A program made the position numbers and the translations under genes. From Octopus vulgaris (lineage: Eukaryota): a stretch of 64,000 bases of DNA. The notes under the pieces were generated by a model. That model saw nothing but the letters and a program-made list of their open reading frames with translations, was not told the origin of the DNA and ran no database searches. The stretch lies in assembly GCA_951406725.2 (NCBI GenBank), contig OX597832.1, positions 23,436,001-23,500,000 of the forward strand, written 5' to 3'. Of this stretch, positions 13,283 to 25,826 are shown piece by piece; within the stretch, counting starts at the first letter, position 1, and each line of letters opens with the position of its first letter.

Positions 13283-13636
13283 ATTGATTTAGTCGAGTAA
13301 ACACACTCTCCACCAAATGTCAGGTCTTGCACCTGTAATAGAAAGTTTTATTATAGTTTTGCACATCTAAGATTTCTAAGTTTTAAACTTATTTTGAGCG
13401 TCTTACGCTGTGTATAGAATACAGATTCTTACTTTCACTTCATGTTTCATTTGGGTGGATTCTGAGGGAGGAGGAGAAGAAAGAACAGATTTTTCGAAGA
13501 CAGAAAGTGAATCTTCAACACTGAGATTTTGCTGGCGATGCATAGATACTCTGAAGGAATACGTACTGCGAGTCTTCAGCATCGAGATGCGTACAATAGT
13601 CTACAGGAGTACGTACAGTAAATCTTCAGCAACATA

Positions 13637-13890
13637 TATTGGGTTGGTGCATAATTATTGCGGCTTTTTTTCAACAAATTTTATTCAACGCAAACAATAA
13701 ACACATGTAGCAAAGACATCTTTAAATCATTATTCTGGAGCATATTCACCATCTACTTCAATTATGCTCCCCATTTACTTGGCGGATGGTCAGACCGTCA
13801 TTTAAAGATGTTTTCGTTCAATATCGTTATTGTTTTTGCTGAATAAAATTTGTTGAAAAAAAGCCGCAATAATTATGCACCAGCCCAATA
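13637..13890. mobile_element. Mariner-type MITE (Hsmar1/MADE1-like TIRs)
   Basis: TIRs of about 48 bp (tattgggttggtgcataattattgcggctttttttcaacaaattttattc and its reverse complement), with TA ends. Confidence 0.9.
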
Positions 13891-14680
13891 TTATCTACTG
13901 GAATATTTGTTGCTGCTGTGACCTATATAACAAATGCAATCGTGATATTTATAACTATCATACATATATTATACGATGTATTTGTACGTTAATATCGCAA
14001 TTGCAACAAGTAGCTATTTATTTTTCTTATACCCTAAGCCAAACAGTTAAATGTAACACAATTGAATTCTTATTGCTTATTACGTTAAGGTAGGAAACCG
14101 AAGCAGCAGAACCTTATATCTGTATTTATATGTATTTGTGTACACCGTATGCATATTGTTTCAACACTGATCGTGAAGTGATTAGCATAACTTTCCATCG
14201 GGGTTTTTTTTGCTGAAAGAAGCAAGCATAAAGTGATTGATGCTCCTGCATATAAAATATACTTTAAATTCATGCGTATATTTGTGTGAGTATCTGCATG
14301 TGTATCTGCATGTGTATCTGTGTGTGTGCATGTGTGTGTGTGTGTGTGAGTGTGTGTGAGTGTGTGTGCATGTGTGTGTGTGTGTGTGTGCATGTATTGT
14401 TCGTTTTTCTGAGAGCGTGCAAATATTGTTGGAGGTATGCAAATATAAGTATCCATTCATGCATGTATATAGATATATCTACATATATCTTTACAATCTC
14501 ATTCATATGTGTGTGGGCGCGTTTGTGCGTGCATAATAACTTATATACACTTATAGATATGTATTCAAAATATATACGAAAATATGTATATAGATAAATT
14601 ATACTATACATATAACTATGCCTATATCTAATACATACATACATACATGCATACATACAAACATACATATATATATATAT

Positions 14681-14737
14681 GTTCTTTAAACATATATGAA
14701 TACATGCATATATATACACACACATATATATATATAT

Positions 14738-14768
<31 letters not shown>

Positions 14769-14856
14769 ATGTATGTCTCTCCAATCGCGGTGATAGGTGT
14801 CTGTACATACATGAATACATGCATATATACATATATATATATATATATATACATGC

Positions 14857-14914
<58 letters not shown>

Positions 14915-15050
14915 ATGTATTCATATATGTTTAAAGAACAGACACCTATCACTGCGATTGGAGATATATATATATATATATGTGTGTATATATATACATG
15001 TATTCATGTGTGTTTAAAGAACAGACACCTATCAGCGCGATAGGACAGAC
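14681..15050. repeat. Complex minisatellite that switches orientation
   Basis: The motifs gttctttaaacatatatgaatacatgca and ccaatcgcggtgataggtgtctgt occur forward at 14681-14825 and reverse-complemented twice at 14912-15050. Confidence 0.75.
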
Positions 15051-15780
15051 AGCCATATAAATGAATGCATGGCGTGAATAAGTTGTAGTATGTTGTGCAT
15101 TCATGCTTTGCGTATTTCAACAACCTGATGTATGAAAACTCATCGTATCTCAACCGAGAGAGATAATGTCTTTTGGAAATAGAAAAAACATTACATTTTG
15201 ATAATATGCATTTTAAAATGCATATTTATCAATATGTCTCGTCGTTAAAGACATATTATTCTTAAAAAGAAATACATATATATTTGTAAATATTTGTAAA
15301 AGGACAAGGAGCATGGTTTCTATTTCTGTGGTCGATGAATGCAAGTAGCAGATTAGGACGAAGAAATATGTACTATTATCCTACAAAGAATATTTTAAAT
15401 TGATCCCGTAACTGAAAATTATATCGATCTATCTTCCACATTCAACGTGTGAGTCTTCCTTCATGCGTTCACTATTTTATGGGGTTAGTTTGCAGTCTTT
15501 TTTGAAGACAAACATTAAATTTTCTGTAAATTTTAAAGTTATTTTGTTGCTTTGAAAGTAAATATATAACATATTGCTTAAAACATCGTCTGCTCAGTAA
15601 ACACAACTAATCATACACATACAATCAACATACATCCATACATACATACATACATACATACATACATACATACATACATACATACAAGCGAGTTTATGGA
15701 ATCATCAGGAGAAAATGCGCGCCTAATCGCGGCCTAGCTCCCCGACGCCGCTCACAGAAATGATTATCAACATGGAATAC

Positions 15781-16001
15781 TCTTTACTCTCTTTTACTTG
15801 TATCAGTCATTTGACTGCGGCCATGCTGGAGCACCGCCTTTAATCGAGCAAGTCGACCCCGGGACTTATTCTTTTGTAAGCCTAGTAGTTATTCTATCGT
15901 TCTCTTTTGCCGAACCGCTAAGTAACGGGGACATAAACACACCAGCATCGGTTGTCAAGCAATGCTAGGGGGACAAACACAGACACACAAACACACACAC
16001 G

Positions 16002-16070
<69 letters not shown>

Positions 16071-16226
16071 GACGGGCTTCTTTCAGTTTCCGTCTACTAA
16101 ATCCACTCACAAGGCTTTGGTCGGCCCGAGGCTATAGCAGAAGACACTTCCCCAAGGTGCCACGCAGTGGGACTGAACCCGGAACCATGGGTTGGTAAGC
16201 AAGCTACTTACCACACAGCCACTCCT
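15781..16226 (-). mobile_element. Family D SINE
   Basis: Reverse complement of the 5751 element, including the internal (TA)n. Confidence 0.9.
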
Positions 16227-16291
16227 AATCTTGTAGATCCTTTATAACATATCTAGTTTCAATATCAATGACAGATATAGAGAAATGCACA

Positions 16292-16335
<44 letters not shown>

Positions 16336-16339
16336 ATTA

Positions 16340-16548
16340 TTTTATTTTATTTTTATTTATCTAGATTCATTTCACGAGCTGTGGCCATGCTGGGACACCG
16401 CCATTCGGTGTTGCTACATGTTTTACTTCACGAATGCTTTTTAGCGATTGACATTTGGTGCATGAGAGAGTTTGATGCAGCTGCCCTCATCTACACCTCC
16501 TGCCGTGAAGTTGGTTCATCTGGGACACCTGACAGGAAGAGATCAAGT
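16340..16548 (-). mobile_element. 3' end of a CR1-group LINE with a family-D-like tail
   Basis: Minus-strand translation LDLFLSGVPDEPTSRQEV*MRAAASNSL aligns with LDRFLQEIPDKP...NSL of the 44883 LINE. The 3' UTR contains ggcggtgtcccagcatggcc. Confidence 0.7.
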
Positions 16549-16884
16549 TATGAGTGACTCAAGACCCGAGAGTTTCGTGCGTTGGCACTTATTTCTTTCA
16601 TTGAGTACGCTACATGATAATTCTCCATACTGTTATTCGAGTTTGTCGATAGACTTCATCAAAATGCAGGAGCAGTTTCGACAATTTCGAATGTCAGCAT
16701 GGAGAATTACCATCTACCGTACACAAAGGAAACAAAATGCCAACGCATTTGGGTGTGAATATATATATATATATACCTATCTGGCAGTATATTGGATATA
16801 TATTATCCCATGGTGGGTTGAATTTTCAACCCCTATCTCATTTTATAACCTATATATATATATATATATTTATTATATAGAAGG

Positions 16885-16935
16885 AGCTTCTACAGGACTA
16901 GAACTGTTTCATTCAAGAGAAATCATCAGGAAGCT
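16885..16935 (-). ncRNA. Type I hammerhead ribozyme (mirror copy)
   Basis: Exact reverse complement of 17383-17433. Confidence 0.75.
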
Positions 16936-17382
16936 AGTTAACAAGAATTGTATTGGCATTTATACATTTAGGCAGGTTTAAAGGGGTGAGGGTGGGGGAC
17001 TTTTTGGGGGTAGGCATAGCGCAAAAAAATCATGCTTGGGGGAGTGGTCAAGAAGTCAGTGGTAAATTAGATAAAAGAATAAATAAAAGAATAAAAAAAT
17101 ATATAGAAGAATAGAGTTTTAGGTAAATACGGAGATTCTCACTTATACATATACACATATGTATATATATTTACCTAAACTCTATCCTTATTTACCTAAA
17201 ACTCTATTCTTCTATATATTTTTTTATTCTTTTATTTATTCTTTTATCTAATTTACCACTGACTCCTTGACCACTCCCCCAAGTATGATTTTTTTGCGCT
17301 ATGCCTACCCCCAAAAAGTCCCCCACCACCACCCCTTTAAACCTGCCTAAATGTATAAATGCCAATACAATTCTTGTTAACT

Positions 17383-17433
17383 AGCTTCCTGATGATTTCT
17401 CTTGAATGAAACAGTTCTAGTCCTGTAGAAGCT
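17383..17433 (+). ncRNA. Type I hammerhead ribozyme
   Basis: agcttc-CTGATGA-t ttc tctt gaa t-GAAA-cag ttctagtc ctg-TA-gaagct: 6-bp stem I, short stem II, stem III and a GUA cleavage triplet. Confidence 0.78.
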
Positions 17434-17589
17434 CCTTCTATATAATAAATTAATTTCACTCTGCTATGTATTGAGTACCTTATTTACTGTGGTTAACCCC
17501 GAATCAACCCGGGACCTACATATATATATATATATATATACGCATGTTTATTTATATTATGGGCATTAATACGCATAAATGCCTCACGC

Positions 17590-17766
17590 TATGAGGGACT
17601 CAAAAGTACCATAATAAATACAGTGTACCGAATGCGAGGGAATGATGATTTTTGTTCATTTTTATGTTCTTGATATGCGCCTGAATTTGTTTTTAAGGAG
17701 CTCTCTTCCCTCGCGTTCGCTATACTGTATTTATTATGGTAGTTCTGACTTTAAGAGTCCCTCATA
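17590..17766. repeat. Fold-back / MITE-like inverted repeat
   Basis: tatgagggactc..taccataataaatacagtgtaccgaatgcgagggaa versus ttccctcgcgttcgctatactgtatttattatggta..gagtccctcata. Confidence 0.7.
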
Positions 17767-17889
17767 ATATAAATATATTTAAATGGAATAATTATACTTT
17801 TTCCCTTATGAGGTTTTTCACGCTGACTACTTGATACTTATTTATAAAGATTTTATCGTATTTTCAAATTTAAAAAAGTCATATACATG

Positions 17890-18114
<225 letters not shown>

Positions 18115-18422
18115 AAAGGAATCGGTGCTGCAATTCTGTCGTCTACTGGAAGATGGGAAGTGTTCGCTCACTTGCCGGTAATATACATGTTCAGTGCTGC
18201 AACGCTAACCAGGTGGCAGAAGATCTGCTTGGGGTTGAACTAGTCGAAACAGCCACATTAATGTGGCTATTAACTTTACTTGTTAGTATAGTTACGATTC
18301 TCATCTCTTATTGAGATTTTACAACCAGCTATCTTGCTTTTCATATATATATATAAATATGTGCATATATATACGTATATATACTGTATATGCATATACA
18401 TATAAATATATTGATACTTATG

Positions 18423-18467
<45 letters not shown>

Positions 18468-18518
18468 AATAGATAGATACATACATAGATAGATAGATAA
18501 ACAGAAAGATAGATAGAC

Positions 18519-18612
<94 letters not shown>

Positions 18613-18958
18613 GAATTATGTAATATATTTCATAAGACATTTTAATATGAAAATGCAATTTTTTATTAAGCCATGATATTTTTATGTGTTCAGGAACCTC
18701 ACCGTCGCGGAGCCAAAAACGTTTTGAAAGAGAAATAGCGACAGAGTTAGGAATGAGTCAAAGATATTTCAAAGTTCACTGATTTTATAGAATTTAACAC
18801 TCTTTTTTTAACATCACGGAATTGATTCCCCACTTTCTGGGTTATTATTAGAGACAGAATCATATACACTAAACGTATACATTCATATATACAATATGTC
18901 GCATGCATATGTGTATATATATTGAAGGATATGTATATATAAATATATATATATATGA

Positions 18959-19018
<60 letters not shown>

Positions 19019-19057
19019 GAATGTGTATATATATATATATATATTTATATACATATA

Positions 19058-19493
19058 CTAGCAGCATAGCCCGGCGTTGCCCGGGTATGTAAGAGCCCCT
19101 AGTAGGCAACGACTAATCCCAATCTAGTCCTTTCCCTCTAGGGAACGAAGGCGCATGTGTAGGTTGCAATGTCTTCTCTTCACTCGAATACTTCTGTGTA
19201 TACGATGTTCCTAGCTGTCCCTTTGGACGATAAAAAGGTCGAGTTGTGTCCCCTAGACAGAAAATGTGTTGCATATAAAAAGCTTAGATTCTCGACCCCA
19301 TGTCGAATTTATCGATTTTTTTCACAACTGGGGGAACTTTTCAAAATTTTCACTGCGTTAGTTTTGAATTATGACATTGGGCTATGTGTGTGTCAAGTTT
19401 CATCAGAATCGGTTGAAAGCCGTGGTCAGGGTGAGGGTACAACCTGACAGACACACAGACACACAGACAGACAAACTGCCGTTTATATATAGA
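19058..19493 (-). mobile_element. Non-autonomous Helitron; a duplicated 5' segment follows at about 19504-19660
   Basis: Minus strand: A|TCtatatataaa...(ctgt)n...cccgggcaacgccggg hairpin, ctatgctgCTAG|T. This gives TC and CTAG ends, an A/T target and no TSD. Confidence 0.8.
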
Positions 19494-19651
19494 TATATAT
19501 ATATTTTTCAGAACTGGGGAACTTTCATTTTCGCTGGTAGTTTTGAATTATGACATTGGATTGTGTGTCAAGTTTCATCAGAATCGGTTGAAAGCCGTGG
19601 TCAGAGTGAGGTAGAGAAAACAGACACAAGAAAACGCACAGACAAACTGCC

Positions 19652-19696
<45 letters not shown>

Positions 19697-19732
19697 GGCA
19701 CCGACACACATAGAGACCTACATACGTGTGTG

Positions 19733-19784
<52 letters not shown>

Positions 19785-19826
19785 TGCTTGTATATGCTTG
19801 TATGTGTGTGTGTGTGCGTGTGTCTA

Positions 19827-20038
19827 AAGGTGCATGGCTCAGTGGTTAGAGAGTCGGCCGTGCAAAGTGACGTGATGGAGTGTGTTGTTTCCTTGAGCAA
19901 GACACTTTACTTCACGTTGCTCCAGTTCATTCAACTGCAGGAACTAGTTGCGACATCACTGATAACAAGCTGTATCGACCGCTCCCTTTCCCGTAGACAA
20001 CATTGGACAAACCATCCCTGGACTTCTGCCTCGGAGAG

Positions 20039-20040
<2 letters not shown>
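19827..20040 (+). mobile_element. Degraded SINE, head B + tail 4 (RTE/Ceph-like)
   Basis: ccttgagcaagacactttacttcacgttgctccag is followed by gttgcgac...aagctgtatcg..., which is homologous to the minus strand of 30986-31185. Confidence 0.7.
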
Positions 20041-20074
<34 letters not shown>

Positions 20075-20383
20075 ATTTATGTGCTTTCTGAATATATCCC
20101 ACTGATGAAGGCAGAGCATTTGTTATGCAGAGACATTAAAGTTTTTTGCTAGTTTATTTTGTCTCTTTGTCTTCTCTCCTGGTTCTGTATGAACATTTAA
20201 TGTGGTTTTAGAGTCAAATTTTTACTGCTATTTCCATCGGTGGGGTATCTCTTAGATACTCTAAATTATAATTTTAAATAATTAATACCTTTGAAGGTTT
20301 TTATTCCCATGCTGGCCACCTGATTAGATCGGTATTTAAATATCGACCTTATCGCTATATATATAAATTTATATACATATATA

Positions 20384-20535
<152 letters not shown>

Positions 20536-20560
20536 CATACATACATACATACATACATAC

Positions 20561-20615
<55 letters not shown>

Positions 20616-20915
20616 TATAGATAGATAGATAGATAGATACATAGATAGATACATACATACATACATACATACATACATACATACATACATACATACATAC
20701 ATACATACATACATACACACACACATGCATGCATAGATAGATGCATACACATATGCATACATAAATACTTACATACATATATTCATATATGCATACATAT
20801 CTATATATACACATATTTTTAAAAACATATATCCATCCATATGCGTAAATACGGGTATGTATATTTTTATACGCACAATCACACGCGCACTCATTTGTGT
20901 GATGTACATACATAA

Positions 20916-20975
<60 letters not shown>

Positions 20976-21390
20976 ATGAATGTATGAATATATGTATGTA
21001 TATGTGTACATATTATTGAAAATTAGAGATGTGCAAAATATATAGATATATTGATAGACAAGAAGGCAGAAGAAAACTTTTTAACACCACTACAGAAAAT
21101 ACTTGTGAACAAGTTTAATATGTTGAATTCTCTTTGATTTTCTGAATGTAGTTCCCTCATAAAAAATGGAATTTACGTTTCCTATGACCATTATAGGCTG
21201 ATGACATGAATCGGATGCTGCAAACTTACACAAGTATATACACATATTATATACGACATCTGTAAAGTATGAGCGTGAATTTGTGCCTGTATGTGTGTAC
21301 ATGTGTGTGTTTTTGGGTGGGTGTGTATGTACATGCCTACATACAAGTTTATCTGTTTAACTATTTCTCCATCTATCTATCTATCTTTCC

Positions 21391-21438
<48 letters not shown>

Positions 21439-21455
21439 CTGAATCTATCTATCAA

Positions 21456-21493
<38 letters not shown>

Positions 21494-21587
21494 CATAGGG
21501 AGAGTTTACGAAAAAAACAAAAGACAAAGATAGTTGGTGTACAAAACAAACAGATGTATTAGTATAACGCTCAGGAATAGAAAATGT

Positions 21588-21623
21588 CTTTTACGTTTCG
21601 AGCCTACGCTCTTCCACAGAAAG
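21588..21623 (-). ncRNA. Minimal hammerhead-like motif with variant core, in a module of about 200 bp flanked by (TA)n
   Basis: Minus strand: cttt-CTGTGGAA-GAGC gtag GCTC-GAAA-CG-TA-aaag. Same family as 52235. Confidence 0.5.
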
Positions 21624-21696
21624 GGACGCAGAAAAAACATGAAGAGAAACAAGGAGAGAAAAAAATGTGTGGAGTGGCTAACGATCTATCATGGCG

Positions 21697-21735
<39 letters not shown>

Positions 21736-22114
21736 CGAACTCGGTCTCAGTTCTCTGAAATTTCTCAGAGCCGTGACTAAATTGTTCATAAACTGTTTGG
21801 AGGAAATCCACCCACCTGTACCGAAGCTCCAGCAGGTGGGAATATGTTACGTCACAGCATCGTTTCCAGACATTTTAATCTCACAGTTCTCCTTATTTTG
21901 GATCTTTGATAAACTCCTAGGTGTATCGGCCACATATTACTGGAGCTAGAAGTTAAGGAAGAGAAAACGAACCTGCTGATCAAACATAGTCTACTATCTT
22001 TATACTTCAAATGCAGTGACTGAAACGAGTCTTTTACTGGTTTCAGGCATTCTTTTATTCTTTTACTGGTTTCAGGCATACTTTTCGCCCATGTTGGGTC
22101 AGCACCTTGAAGGT

Positions 22115-23440
22115 TTTAGTCGAATAAATCGACCCCAGCACCTTAGTTTATACCTGCTACATATTCTATTGTTTTCTTACGGTGAGCTTCTAAGTTATAT
22201 GAACGTAAATAAACTAACACCGGTTGTCAACCGTTTTGGTAACAAATACAAAGACATATCCATGCATACATATATAAATAGGCGCAGGAGTGGCTGTGTG
22301 GTAAGTAGCTTGTCTACCAACCACATGGTTCCGGGTTCAGTCCCACTGCGTGGCACCTTAGGCAAGTGTCTTCTACTATAGATTGGGTAGACGGAAACTG
22401 AAAGAAGCCCGTCGTATATATGTATATATATATATATGCGTGTGTATGTTTGTATGTCTGTGTTTGTCCCCTAGCATTGCTTGACAACCGATGCTGGTGT
22501 TTTTATATCCCCGTTACTTAGCGGTTCGGCAAAAGAGACCGATAGAATAAGTACTGGGCTTACAAAAGAATAAGTCCCGGGGTCGAGTCGCTCGATTAAA
22601 GGCGGTGCTCCAGCATGGCCGCAGTCAAATGACTGAAACAAGTAAAAGAATAAAAGAAAGAATAAATAAATACGCACGTATATAACGGGCTTCTACACAG
22701 TTTTCATCTAGCAAATACACTAACACAGTTCTCTAACCAAGATCCAAGTTTCGTCCATTTCAATATCATCAACCGGTTATTTTTCTATGTATGAATGTGT
22801 ATGTGCAGATTTGTATGTTTGGTTTTACGTATGCACTTTCATGCATACAGTTGCATGTTTAGACATACTCATATATACATAAATGATAATGTATGTATGT
22901 ATGATGTATGTATGATCTACCTATGTATGTATGTTCGTTTGTATGTATGTATGCACGCATTTATGCCTGTATACGATTTTAAAATACAGCCGGTAACGGA
23001 GCTCGTGTTCGAGATTTCCAGGGTATTCAGGTGTATACAACCTCCTCTTAACCACTGTTGTAACCCAGGCCAGATCTGACCGAATTAGTAACGCCTGTAA
23101 GGGTCCTAGCCAAGGAGTAATTCGTGTTTGATCCACTGGGTGTCAAGACCCCCTAGTTCTCATTGGTACTTCCTTCTAAGAGAAGGTAAACTCGTATAAA
23201 CAAAACACCTAGGTTTCTGGTTGTGTATTTGCTAGATGAAAACTGTGTAGAAGCCCGTTATATACGTGCGTATTTATTTATATATGTATGCATGGATATG
23301 TCTTTGTATTTGTTACCAAAACGGTTGACAACCGGTGTTAGTTTATTTACGTTCATATACCTTAGAAGCTCACCGTAAGAAAACAATAGAATATGTAGCA
23401 GGTATAAACTAAGGAGCTGGGGTCGATTTATTCTACTAAA
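22115..23440. repeat. Recent inverted duplication of about 218 bp, one arm interrupted by a family D SINE
   Basis: 22115-22280 plus about 22663-22720 is the reverse complement of 23223-23440, with only about 3 mismatches seen. Confidence 0.88.
22281..22662 (+). mobile_element. Family D SINE (young, with internal deletion)
   Basis: Matches the 5751 element and is inserted at ataaata. Confidence 0.9.
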
Positions 23441-23667
23441 TTCCGCTGAATTTATAGTTAAGTGCACTGAAAAGGTGATTCAGTGGTGCGAAACATTTTA
23501 TCCACTTCAAACAAATTCACGCGCAGGAAATTCGTGGACTTTCGGAATGTTTGCACAGACCTGTTGAGTTTACGAAGTGGTCTATCTCGGTCACGAGTTG
23601 CCTTCCACAGTTATGTACGTATGTATGTATGCACAAATGTGTGTGCAAGTATATCTGTAGGCATGTT

Positions 23668-23854
23668 CCATCCATCTCGAACCACGCCAGGCTCATAAGA
23701 GCCGGTTTCCCGGTTTCAATGGCGTATATATTTTCGCCACCCGGACTGGACGCCGACCCGTCGCAAATTTACTCATTTCGCCCAGTCCAGGAATCGAAAC
23801 CACAACCATACAATCATGAGTTCAACACCCTAACCACTAAGCCACCCGCCTCCA
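23668..23854 (-). mobile_element. SINE head B + tail 3, central part deleted
   Basis: Minus strand: tggaggcgggtggcttagtggttagg...ggtttcgattcctggac joined directly to aaatgagt...gaaaccgggaaaccggc. Confidence 0.75.
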
Positions 23855-24727
23855 CTAGGAGGCATGTCTGTAGGCATGTACGTATGTAAGTATGCATGTA
23901 TATGTGATGCGGGTTTCTACACAGAATCGGACAATCAAATTTCAGTCGACAAGAAACCATTTTCTTCAGGAGTGCCGCAATGGGACTGAACGCCAAGTTC
24001 TTTGGTTGCGAAACAAAATTGTGTGAACCAATTCCATTGTCAATAATTACAGTGCCAAACGTAAGTTGGAATTATCAGTATTGTTTTCCAATAAAGTTTC
24101 CATAAAAACTTCATTATTTTATAAAACAAAATATTAATTTCTACGAATTAGAATTAGAATAAGGTCACGTGTCTTGTAGGCGATGACAAATCGATTTAAT
24201 CAACTCGTTTTAGTTTGAAACAATCAATTAAAAATTTTATTGTTTTTGCTTTTGTTTTCACCATTGTCGTTGTTCTTGCTGTTGCTAAACTATAAATATG
24301 TTCTATAAACTTATAAATAGCCATATATCTTCTATACGTAGTCGTGATGGACGGAATCAATAATTGTTAACTTGTCTTCGTCACAATTCTATTCTTTAAA
24401 ACGCCTATTGTTTATTGGAATGTGAAATAATACTGGCAATATGGCCGTCCCACGTGAACGTCTGTTCTAATTATTACCCTTCATTAACTCTTCTGAAATC
24501 TTTAATATTGTAAAGCGCTCATGCCTATGGTAAGGCCAAACAAAGTGTTGCATTGTGCAACACTTTGATAACTTATAAACTAAATTTACCAGTTGATATG
24601 GCAAAGGAAGATTGAAATGGAACCGAAGTTAAGTTATACAATTGTTTTAATAAAGTAAGTTCAACAAGTAATTGAACTGTGTATGAGAACAGAGAGACCG
24701 CCGAGTGCTGTCTGAAGCCTCGTTATA

Positions 24728-25129
24728 TCTTTATATATAGAAGTCAAGTTGTGTGTCTGTCTCCGACGATTTAGATTCCTAACTACTCCCACATTTTGCG
24801 GTGCAGTTTAACCAAAACCGGGTATCTTATAGTCGTGATTCATATCGAGCCCTTCTGGGTATTAGCGCGCGTCTACCATGAGTCTACGATTTAAAAAAAA
24901 ATTACCATCATTTCATTTTTTTCCATTTTAATGCATTTTTTCGCTATTATATAAGGGAAGTAACTCTCTAAAAATGTCTACGATGAGTCAACGATTTTTA
25001 AAAAATTTACCATCATTTTTTTTTCCATTTTTAATGCATTTTTTTGCTATTTTTTGGCTATAACTCTCTAAAAATGCTTATATAGTTATTTCCCTTACAA
25101 ACCCGAGCAACGCCGGGCGATACTGCTAG
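24728..25129 (+). mobile_element. Non-autonomous Helitron
   Basis: A|TCtttatatatag ... cccgagcaacgccggg hairpin, cgatactgCTAG|T, with an internal duplication of about 110 bp. Confidence 0.82.
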
Positions 25130-25540
25130 TATTTTATATATTGCTTTTAAATATAATAAAACCAGCTCTGAGTCTTAAAAGCAGCACAACGGTCTTTACC
25201 AATAATCCTCGGTGTACATAAAATTTCATTATTTATTCTTGAAATATCTTGTTACTAAAATTGAAAAAGCATCGAAGATTTTAGACTAGAAAAAGATATA
25301 TATCTAGTCTAGAGGTGACTTGGGAATCGAGACACAGTTGAAGTGGCTTTTAGCCCCAACTTGTCAAAGAAATGTTATTATAAGAATGCTAAGTGCCCGA
25401 GAATTTGGTTACATCGTTTAAATATTGTACTTTTAGCTGCATGGCAGATCGATAGTCAAAGACGTTCCAACTCTGACCATTCCATATTTCTTACACATTC
25501 GTACATACACAGTGTAAAATTTTTCAAAAGTTTAGTAATT

Positions 25541-25826
25541 AGCTTGCTTACCAACCACATGGTTGCGGGATCAGTCCCACTGCGTGGCACCTTGAGCCGA
25601 TAGCCTCGGGCCGATCAAGATGTTGTGTGTGTCAGTGTTTGTCACCCCAACATCGCTTGACAGCCGATGCTAGTGTGTTTATGTCCCCGTAACTTAGCGG
25701 TTCGGCTAAAGAGACCAATAGAATAAGTACTAAGCTCACAAAGAATAAGTTCCGGGGTCGATTTGCTCGACTAAAGGTGGTGCTCCAGCATGGCCACAGT
25801 CAAATGACTGAAGTAAAAAAAGAGAA
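25541..25826 (+). mobile_element. Family D SINE, truncated/deleted
   Basis: Contains D head fragments and the D tail (ggtggtgctccagcatggcc). Confidence 0.8.

Larger units (their letters stand above)
16869..17520. mobile_element. Inverted-duplicated hammerhead-bearing module (Penelope-like remnant) in (TA)n
   Basis: Near-perfect inverted arms of about 260 bp (16869-17129 and 17189-17449), each containing a hammerhead. (TA)n lies on both sides. Confidence 0.8.

Noticed and set aside
20102-20140. CTGATGAAGG in a TA-flanked island
   Set aside because: No convincing stem II-GAAA-stem III; possibly a decayed module but not supportable.
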